Positions 37,928 to 47,717 of a DNA stretch of 64,000 nt are shown piece after piece. The DNA is from Pseudogymnoascus verrucosus (taxonomy: Eukaryota). The stretch lies in assembly GCA_001662655.1 (NCBI GenBank), contig KV460213.1; one strand, written 5' to 3'. The translations under genes and the position numbers were made by a program. Each line of letters begins with the position of its first letter. Position 1 is the first letter of the stretch. The notes under the pieces are model-generated. The model ran no database searches. It was not told the DNA's origin and worked only from the letters and a program-made list of their open reading frames with translations.

Positions 37928-38539
37928 CCCGCACGCACACCACACAGACAACGGACGCGGGGGCGCCGGCTGGGCTGTGGAAGGAAGGCAACGTCGCACG
38001 CACTTTCCCAGTCAGGAGGCGGCACAGCAATGAAAGTACTCCACAGCAATTGGATGCGATGACGACGACATTGCGGTGTGTTAGAGAGTGGAGACCGAAG
38101 AAATCCTAATAGATGCGATGGGCCAATCAGGGGTGGTAGAGACGGTGACCCTGGGGGTTTGGGGAATGGACGGACGTGCAAGGGGAACACGTTCTGGGCG
38201 TGCTGGTGCCTGGGGACGATGATGGTTTGAGCCTCCGCGGAGGAGGCGAGTGCTGTGCCGCTGAACGGGTGGTGGGGATGGATGGCGCGTAGAAGGCTGG
38301 TGGTGTGGTGGGTGTTGACTTGTGTGGGCTGATGATCAAGCAGGTACAGGATATTTAATGAGCTGGTATGGTATGGTATGCTTTACTTCATCAGCCAAGA
38401 CAGTCGCAAGGTATTTTACTTATTTCATTCAGCATGAGGCTACCAAGGAATACAGGTGCGTATAGAACGGCTCAGTTGGGAGGATTCCAGGAGAGATGGC
38501 CAGGGGAAATACCCAGTAGTCTCAAGCATAGAAGACAGC

Positions 38540-39030
38540 CAGAAGAGAGCAAGAAGAGAATCTGAATAGATTTATGGACTATGTGACTTATAGATCCAGT
38601 GAGGGAAGAGATTGGCTACACAAAAGAAAACTTACAGGTCCAGCGAGAGAAGAAATCAGCTACACGGAAGAGGCTAAGCAGAGGATATGAGTAGGGCTGC
38701 ACAAAAGAGAAGAGTATGTGAGTAGACTTGCCATGGGCTATGTGACTTACAAATCAAACGAGAGAAGAAATTACCTACACAGAAAAGGCTAAGAAGATAT
38801 GAATAGGCTTGCTGTGAGCTATGTGACTTACAAATCCAAGTATCAGGAGAATTTAACCACAGAAGAGGCCAAGGAGAATATACGATTAGGCTTCCTGTGG
38901 GCAATGTCCAGCGAGAGAAGAAATTGGTTGCGTTGCACAAATAAAACAAGAAAGCGAAGTTAGTAGGCATGCTATGGGCTATTCACTGTAGCTCATAGGT
39001 CCAACGAGAAGAAATTGGCACACAAAATGC
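38540..39030 (+). repeat. Degenerate tandem array of about 81-bp units (about 6 copies)
   Basis: Recurring GGCTATGTGACTTACA.ATCCAGCGAGAGAAGAAATTGGCTACACAGAAGAGGCTAAG core near 38576, 38631 (partial), 38735, 38816, 38899 and 38975. Confidence 0.8.
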
Positions 39031-39454
39031 GCCGCGGCGAGACGCTTTGGGATACAACCGGTCAGAACAGTTGACGTACAGTACAATACTATGGGCAGAT
39101 ACTCAAGTTCGTATTGTCTGCGGATACACCACAATCCCTAATTTAAGCTACCATCATTGGGATACTATGGGCAATTGTTTAGGTAATTATTGCCTGCAAA
39201 CACACCACGATGCCCAATTTGAAAGCTGCCACAGTTCAAAGGATTTCCAGCCAAGCATCTCAGATGCAAGTTTATGTCTTCTTCGAGACTGGCTAACTTC
39301 AAATGTAAGTCCATGTCTTCTTCGAGATCGGCTAATTGTATGGCTGTATGGCAGACTTGACAATACCAAGTGCCCAGCATTCCTTCTCACCCATACACAA
39401 TTCCCATCTAACAGCCATCCCAACCCATCCACAATCTCCATCCAACAACCGCCC

Positions 39455-40906
39455 TCACCTATACACAATCTGAACATCCCCCGCCGACAACCTGCTCAGC
39501 CCCCGCATAATCTCAGCCTCCCCCAAATTAACCTCCGTAATAATCTGATCAAAATGATGCCTCCCGTCCGTATACTTCTCCAGCGCCTCTCCATCATCCA
39601 CCCCCACCCGTTGCCCCTTCTTCCCCTTTCCCTTCCCCTTCCCCTTCTCCACCCCCTTCCCCTCCGCCAACTCAGCCACATAAATCGCCGACACAGGAAA
39701 CTTATGCACGCGCCTCAGCAAGCTCTTGATAACCCCAAACTGCACGAGACGCCGCACATCAAGCCCATCCACCGCCACCTGCCCATCATCAATGTGCAGA
39801 CGCAGCCACTCCCTGATCGTGCGACCCTGCCCAAACGTCCCCAGTAGTCGGCAGAGTTGGTATCCCACCGCCTTGGGCCGCTGCGCAAGCACATACGCCG
39901 CGCACTCATCCTGCATATTGTCGACGTTATTCACGAAATCGCGAATCAGCGGCGTCACGGCGTAGATGTTGCTGAAGAAGAACATATCCACCAGCATGAT
40001 CGTCTTATAGTACAGCAGATGCCTCAGCGTCAATTTCGTCAGCTCAAGCGACACATCCGCCGCCGCTGCGATGCGTCGCACGTCTCGCACCCCGTCGATG
40101 AGCGGGATCACCTTCCGCATCGTCAAGTCCCATCTATCATCCACGATCTCGTCGAACCGGATCTTCGCGATAGGAACATGCCACGACTTCACCGGCGGCG
40201 GATCGCACTGCACCGGGAACAGCTTCATGTTAATCGTGTTCGACTTGTCGACCGGAATCATGCACTCATTGTAGTTATTCAGATCCTCCCTTATAATCTC
40301 CAACAACCCCCCAATACTCCTCTGCACATGATCCGCCACGCCCTCCTGGCTCAGAAACTGCGTCTGCACCTCCATCTCCGTGAACGTCGTCGCCAGCCGC
40401 CGGATCACCGGCTCGTAGCGCGCCGTGTCATGGTCGGTCGAGATGACGATGCCGAAGTTGAAGATGAATTCGTTGCGTGCGTACTTCTCGTTGTGGACGC
40501 ACACGGGGAAGCCGAGGATGCGGTACTGACCGCTTGGGTCGCGACCGGTGATGTAGCGGTTGCAGAAGGATTGGCGGGGGATCACAAAGTCGGTGATGGC
40601 GTCGAAGTGGAGGAGGGAGGCGGTCTCGTAGCCGGGTTCGGGGACGATGATGCCGGGGGGTTTTTGGTGGACGATTTTGATTCCTGCGCACGTGTTAGTG
40701 GTGGTTTCTGGTTTGATTGAGGGTGTCGGTGAGGTAGGTAATGGTAATCTTATCCCTTCCCCTCATATCCCGAATCAAAAACAAGGTGTAACTATACGAA
40801 ACATTCTTCTCTGTATGAAATATGCATATGATTGGAACCCGTGATGAAAGTGTGACGGCTTACCTTCCTGCGGAAGGAATCTAGCATAGAATATTCCAAG
40901 AATCAT
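39455..40906 (-). CDS. NPR2: Nitrogen permease regulator 2 (SEACIT/GATOR1 subunit), 2 exons
   Basis: MILGIFYARFLPQE|GIKIVHQKP...FDAITDFVIPRQSFCNR, KYARNEFIFNF, EDLNNYNECMIPVD, WDLTMRKVIPLIDG, DVRRLVQFGVIK. Confidence 0.95.
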
Positions 40907-41365
40907 CCTCAGGGAATATCGTTATCTACAAACGTATCAAATATAACAACTCCACTCATCCTGCATCCAACAAGCTATACAGCATTTAATAGTTGCTCGA
41001 TTTCTGGATGTCTGTCTTCGAATGAGCTGGGTGGTGCAACCGCCCTGTCGTCGCTCGGAACCTAATGTTGGGGTCGGATTAATTATAATCCGCGCCCTTT
41101 TAAGTCGAGCAGCAAATTTGATAAATTGGCAAGACTAATATTCGTACTGTACATCGACGTCTACGTATCGCGAATGGCTCTGCGATTTCTCAAACGATTA
41201 CTGCTCCTTTAGTGGTGGTAGTCTGCTTGTTTATGTCTGACTTTTATACCATTTATGCCTCTGGCCCTTCCTCATCGTGATCACCTGATTTATTGCCCTT
41301 TTTCTGCAAATATATAATAAATAAGACGAGGAAAAATATATTTGTGAGAAGCATAGGTGTCAAAA

Positions 41366-42553
41366 ATGCTTATCAGAGAGACAGAACATGCTCGCCAAAA
41401 TGGCGAGCCCATAAATGGTAGTATTATCTCCTTAGTCCGACAAAATTATACAAGATACGCACACTAACGCCACCAGTCTTTGACCTACCCCAGCTGTACA
41501 CCAAGCCATCCAGCCTAGTCCTCCTCTCGGCCCTCGTTTCCCTCAAGCCAAAGCCAATATCATGGGAAGAAAGCGATGTCGATCATGACCAGCCAAGAGA
41601 GGACAATAACGCCATTGCATCGTATCTCACCAAGATCGTATCGAGTCCCCTCACGTGGCTGACCGAAGGCGAGCAAGTCGAGGTCTGGGAGCAAGCCAGC
41701 ATCAGACTGAGCGAGCGATCCGGCCGCAATGGTAAGAATGCTCCCCATTTCAAGTGGCACAAGCTTTACAACAAAACCCGCAACATCAGCATCACGTGAA
41801 AACTCAGGGGAACCCCTCCCCCCTTTCCCAATCACATGCTGACCCCCACCAGGAATGCCCGCCCAAACCCGCACCTTCAACATCCCCACCACCCCTCCCA
41901 CCTCGCTGGCTATCCATGAGCCAACAATGACAAACGACAACATCGGGTTCAAAACCTGGGGCACAGCCCTCATCCTCGCCCAGAAAGTGCTCCCGCACAT
42001 CCCCACGTACCTCCCTCATCTCTTCCCCTCCAGCCTCGCTGCGCCCTCTGTCCTTGAGCTAGGTGCCGGGACGGGGTTGCTGGGGCTTGCGGCCGCGGCG
42101 CTGTGGGGGACGGAGGTGGTGATGACGGATTTACCGGCTATTGTACCGAATCTTGAGAGGAATGTTGTGGCTAATGAGGGAGCTATTGGTGAGCACGGGG
42201 GTAGTGCTAAGACCGACATACTGGACTGGTCGTGTATGGGTCCAGGTCAGAGGTATGATCTGGTAATTGCAGCGGATCCGTTGTATGATCCTGAACACCC
42301 GATGTGGCTTGCGGCGGCCATTGATGGGCGCTTGGGACAAGACGAGGGGGCGAGGGCGGTCATAGGGTTTCCTTTAAGGGATGAGACGACGAGGGGGTAC
42401 GGGGAGGTGTTGAGGACGGAGTTGGGGGGGAGGGGGTTTGAGATTGTAAAGGAGGGAGAGGAGATGGGATTTGATGACTGGGAGGTTAATGGGGAGAGGG
42501 TTAGGGTGCATTGTTGGTGGGGGATTTGGAAGAGGAAAGGAGCGGAAGCATAG
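41366..42553 (+). CDS. Family-16 protein-lysine methyltransferase (Rrg1/Efm2-like), 3 exons
   Basis: DLPQLYTKP, YLTKIVSSPLTW, ASIRLSERSGR|MPAQTRTF, IGFKTWG, VLELGAGTGLLG, MTDL, LDW, AADPLY. The start exon is inferred. Confidence 0.85.
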
Positions 42554-42779
42554 ACCATAGATCGTAGATTATAGACTTAGACGGCACAAGCATGGTTGGT
42601 TGCATATGAGAAATCTGCGCTTTATTTGCTAGTCTTCTTTCTATTATACATTTTTGTCATGGTGACTGAAAAAATTTAAACCATCGTAAAAGATCCCAGA
42701 AATCACCGAACTATCACAAACGCTACCGTAGCACAACCAAGACCCCCACTATACTACAACAACCCGTTCAGGTCTCCAA

Positions 42780-43568
42780 TCATCGATTTGGAGGCGCATC
42801 TGGTGGCAAGGGGATATTAGGCCTTGGAGTTGGAAGTGCGTCCTCCGGTTTGAAACCAGAGAGACCATGGTTTGGAGGCGCATCCGGTGGCAGTGGGATA
42901 CTGGGCCTTGGAGTTGGAATCGCATCTTCCGGGTTGAAACTTGAAAGGCCCTGGTTCGGAGGCGCGTCTGGAGGCAGAGGGATATTCGGCCTTGGATTTG
43001 GAAGCACATCCTCCTGGTTGAAGCCAGAAAGACGTTCATATGGCGGGGTCGGCACAAATGGTCTTGGAGGGGGAATGGCATCCTCCATTCCCAAACCAGA
43101 AAGACACTTCCTTGGAGGCCTACCAGGCACATTCGGTCTTGGAGGCGGAATAGCATCTACTATTTCCACACTAGAAAGGCACTTCCTCGGTGGCCTATCC
43201 GGCACATTCGGCCTTGGTGGTGGAATAGCATCCTCCTCCGGTGCCGAACCAGGAGGGAAGATATTGGCAACTAACTCTTTCACATACTCCATGTCAACAT
43301 CCTTCTTCACCACGACGTCGTACTCTGGCTTTATCCAACCCTTGTTCTGTGTGACCTCGACCTCTGGTTCAGGAGCGGTCATGAACTGAGTTTCTCCGAT
43401 CTGTCGCGCGTAGGGGTGGCTGTCTGTGCCGAAGGTTGGGGGGATGGGGTAGGGTTTGCCGGGGGAGCTGAGGTCGAGGTTCGAAGGGGTGCAGGCGTTT
43501 GCTCGGGTCCACTGGGCGGCGGTGGCTTTGCAAGCGGAACAGTGGGTTTGGGGGGTTAGTTGGGACAT
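42780..43568 (-). CDS. Orphan proline-rich repeat protein (262 aa) with six 24-28-aa repeats
   Basis: Open frame from ATG 43568 (CAAGATG context). Repeat core EDA(I/L)P(P/T)PRP; unit lengths are all whole codons. Confidence 0.65.
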   Translation of the reverse strand: MSQLTPQTHCSACKATAAQWTRANACTPSNLDLSSPGKPYPIPPTFGTDSHPYARQIGETQFMTAPEPEVEVTQNKGWIKPEYDVVVKKDVDMEYVKELVANIFPPGSAPEEDAIPPPRPNVPDRPPRKCLSSVEIVDAIPPPRPNVPGRPPRKCLSGLGMEDAIPPPRPFVPTPPYERLSGFNQEDVLPNPRPNIPLPPDAPPNQGLSSFNPEDAIPTPRPSIPLPPDAPPNHGLSGFKPEDALPTPRPNIPLPPDAPPNR

Positions 43569-44042
43569 CTTGGGCGGGGGTTTGTGTTGTAGTTTGTTGT
43601 GAGATGGTGGGTGTAAACGAAAGATGTAAAGCTCACAGAGGAGAAAAAGAGGCAGTTTATATGCTAGGTTTTGAGGGTGAATGAGCGAGGTGGTTGTGAG
43701 ACAGGCCATCCACTGGTTCCATTTGCAGTATCACTGTAGCTGAATCTCAGACAGCTATTGGATTCAGGGGTGTCTGCACGATAAATATTCACATTTCGCA
43801 ACAAGTAAATGAGAGAAAGGTTTATCCAAAATAGATTCATCACCTATTCTGGTCATATTTGAATACATATAAAGGTAAAAGGAACGCAGAATAACACCTA
43901 GCCCGTTTGGTTTTGAACCTTGAAAATCATCGCAGTAACTGGGTATAAAACACTTTCCTGGCTTCCCGTAATCCACTCACTTGTTCAAACTCCGTGCCCG
44001 ACCCGACCTCAACAGAAAGAAAGAGAGAAACCCACACCAGTA

Positions 44043-46634
44043 TCAATGTTTCTCAACAGTAGCACTCTCACCGTCCGAATCCGGAACCTCAAAGTAACAC
44101 TCGAAATTCTGATGATGGGCACAACAAGTCCCTTCCGGCGCCCAATCATCTTCAAACACTCCAGAGTCGCTACTCTGAATTCCACCAGAGACATCGTTAT
44201 CCTCAGACGAGTTTTGGGTAAGAAATGGGCCAGCCATCCTTGTTTCCAGACTCCTGCTCAAGGCATCCATGGCTTCCAAAGAAGATTTGTTATCACAAGG
44301 CCACTTCTGCGGTGGACCATGTTCCTCGAGACTATCGTTTGACAAGCCATTTTCGAAAGGGTCAATTGCACCACTTCCAATCATAGTCTCATCGTAATTG
44401 AAGTTATACCCCTGAATATTCTGATACTGAAGATCCGGGAACAATTCGAAAAGCTCCCCATATTCGGCCATCTCGTCAAGAATGTCCAATTCCATGGGCT
44501 GATCTTCCGAAAGCGGGTCTTGGTTCGCGATGGGGGTGCTCGCCACCTCTTCTTTAAGTGTGGTATGAAGAATGGACTTTGGATTTTGGAAGGAATTTTG
44601 GCCGCCCTGGTTAGCAATTGAACCTTCTCCATCCTTTTTATGACCGGCGTGTTGATCTGGGACATCCAACACGGAACGTATCGACTCACTTGAGTTTTCA
44701 TGCCCAGGGTTGGTATCAATAGCTTCATTTGCTAACGTGAGGGCTCGAACAAAAGCATCCTGATCAAAACCGTTCATCCCACTAGAATGACCCAAGTCAA
44801 TTCCCAACTTCGCTTGTTCCGTCAGCACTGATCCCCTCACAAAAGGGTCTGGTATGGTTGACTGTCCTCTGTGCACAACTCCATCATGCGCCGCTACCTC
44901 CGGTGTTGGTGGCAGAGTAACCGGAAACTGTGGATTTTCAATTGTCAGCGGGGATACGTCTTGACCGCTTTGCATACCTGAATAGGCAAAGGGATGTAGA
45001 AAATCCTGAGGAGCGATTCGTGGGGTCAGAGGAGGTTGAGAGAGGGTCATGATGCTGGAATCTGGAGGTGATGCTTGGTTTGTGTCCATTCCCAGTAGGG
45101 CTGGGTCAATATTCTCATAGCCCGCGACTGGAATAACAGACTGCGGGGGTTCTTGGGTAAGAATCTGAGGGTGCCCATAGAAGGCTTGTGTCATGTTATG
45201 GCCTGGCATAGCCTGATATGAGAACTGCCCTGCTTGTGACGAGCTGCCGTAGCTTCCCTGGACAGGGGGGCCGGGAGTTTGTTGGTAGCCCCCGAAACTA
45301 AATTGAGGTTGTTCCGATACCCTCCGTTGCCCCCCAAAGGTAAAATCATGGACCCAATTTTGCTGATTGAACTGACCAGGTATGTTCTGTTGAACGGTTG
45401 AACTTGGGTACTCTCCACCATATCCCTGTAAATTCTGTGGCTCAAAGCGCTGTTGTGCCATCGGGTTCTGCAGTTGACTATCTTGGGGCATGTGTGGATA
45501 CTGAAATCTCATATCATGCTGCTGTGATGGCTGTAAGAGTCCTGGTTGAGACCGGCGCTGGAGAGCATGCAGTTGTGTCTGGGATGGTGCCGCAGATGAT
45601 ATCCCCTGTGGGTATCCAGAATTCAACAACGACGATTCAAAATCCCCTTGCACTCCATGATATGCTACTTGAATTCCCGCCCGGTTGATATACTCATATT
45701 CGGGATCGTGACGAGGCAAGCGTGAATTTGTGTCGGATGAGGACTGATGGGCGTTGTGCTGAGACCCATGAGCTTTGGAGTCCGTTGGAGGCAGCTCGAA
45801 AATGAGTGACCCTGCCTTGACATTTCCTGGGGCAGCTTGGCTTGTGCTTGCGCCGGCTGTTGAAGGCCCGGAATGGCCGTAGTTTGAGTTGTCAAAGGCA
45901 GTGGGGCTATGTGACAGTCAGACACCACACTCAAACATATGGGGGGAGGGCTAACCGTTGATTAACTTCCATCCAAAACCTAGCCATGATGTAATAAATA
46001 TCATCCACCGTAATTCCATTCTCATTTGCAGTCTTGAAAATCTCTCCAGGTGATACCCCGTCCTTAATAAGACAGAGGACCGGTTCAACGAGGGGATTTT
46101 CTCGAGTATAGCCAGAGAATCTAGCATTCCCACATTAGTAAATGACCTGGTCGAAGAATAATAATCGCATCACTTGCCTGTTTTGAAGCTTCCTGTACTT
46201 CGTTATGACAAAATCGATGCACCGGGCCGTTGGCTTGATATGCGGGACCCAGATATGAGTTGGGAAATGGTGCATCACATCAGCCACGACCTGGCCGTTG
46301 TAGACGCCAGCATCATAGCGACCAAGGACGAATCCTATCTTCCCAGGGGTTTCCTCCCAGTACTTCTCCTGAGAGTACCTATCAAATAGACTGTCAGTAT
46401 CCATCAACTCAGGGATCAGAATAAGCATCGCCAAGAAACAGAAACCAGAACCTACTCTTCCTGCTTCATAAACCCCGTCCTGCAGTACTTGATACTGCTT
46501 GCCCCTCTAACATGCCTCGCATTCCTGAATATCCCACAGAATTTCTCATATATCTCATCGTCTTTCAGCCCTTGTTTGACCATCGTAATCACCCAAAGGA
46601 TCTCCTCCATCGACCACTTCTGAGTGCCAACCAT
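44043..46634 (-). CDS. Orphan 802-aa putative transcription regulator: three exon-encoded Myb/HTH-like modules plus Q/P-rich and acidic tail
   Basis: Exons 46634-46456, 46378-46178, 46120-45956 and 45906-44043 join in frame (2409 nt). Introns are 77 nt (GT-AG), 57 nt (GC-AG) and 49 nt (GT-AG). Confidence 0.75.
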
Positions 46635-47717
46635 CTTTGAATAACAGTACCGGAACTGCCCTGGTGGTTTGGCTCGCTTGGGTGATTCTTTCAATATCTT
46701 TCTCGGACAGAATAGAAGCAGACTGTGACGGTTTGAATGAAAAATGCGTTGAAGCAAGCGCTTTCGCGAAAATAATAATGAATGTGGTGAAGGATATCAC
46801 GACCCAGCGTGAATCTGCAATGATAATGAATGAATAAATATGTGACAGTCGAAATCCAAATGCGCCCGTGATAGTGGTCGTGATATGAATGATTTGCAAT
46901 ATCAGCTTGAATGATGGGACCAGCCCGGATGGATGAATACTCGGTGGAAGAATAGAAGCCGAATATAAGTTGAGGCAGAGTGTTGAAAGAAAGAAAAGAA
47001 GGAGAAGAAGCAAAGCCGAAATTTAGATCAATATAACGAGGCCGAGGGGTGAGTGAATCACCTGTGCCGGCGCGGCTTTGGCGACTCTGCCGCTTCACGG
47101 CGGATTGTAAGGGCTGTGGGAGTAACAACGGTGTTCAAGAAAGGGCCGTATTGAAAATAACGATGCGTGACCGAGAAACACGGAAATGAAGTTGATCGTA
47201 CCATATTGACAAAGTAGCAGAGAATACAAAGTGACGACGAGCATATCATAGCGACACAGGAAGGGGAACGTGAAATGTATGAAGCTATTCACGAAACGCA
47301 TCTTCACCCGCTCTGGCTCAAAAACATAAAATAGGGGTAATACAATTTTTTGCAGACAATAGCATCACACTACTGGCATCTGCAGGATCCAACGAGAAGG
47401 CAGATCATTAGCTCCAAATCCGCGTGACTCGAAGGTCTTGAGGAATATTCGATTTCGTTATTTTTATATATATACGATCATAATCTTATACCACAGGCGT
47501 TGATCATAAGGCAAAAACAAAAATAACCAACACCGCGCTTCCCACACAAATAATTCAAAAAAAAGAAGATGAATCGCGTCAACACACAAACACGCACGCC
47601 CGCTCGCCGAGAAAATGTAACCCCCACCCCCTTCTCCCAAGTCCTACAACCCCCATCTGCCTCCACCCCCAAAAGCAAAACTCCCATTTAAACCCCGCCC
47701 CTCCTTAAACATCCCCA

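Noticed and set aside
38540..39030. CRISPR-like array
   Set aside because: Eukaryotic context, degenerate repeats, no unique spacers and no cas genes.
39047..40720. 266-aa and 287-aa plus-strand ORFs
   Set aside because: Largely antisense to NPR2, non-ATG starts, no motifs.
42780..43568. Fungal RiPP (KEP/dikaritin) precursor
   Set aside because: No signal peptide, no regular KR/RR Kex2 sites between repeats, and no DUF3328 or tailoring genes nearby.
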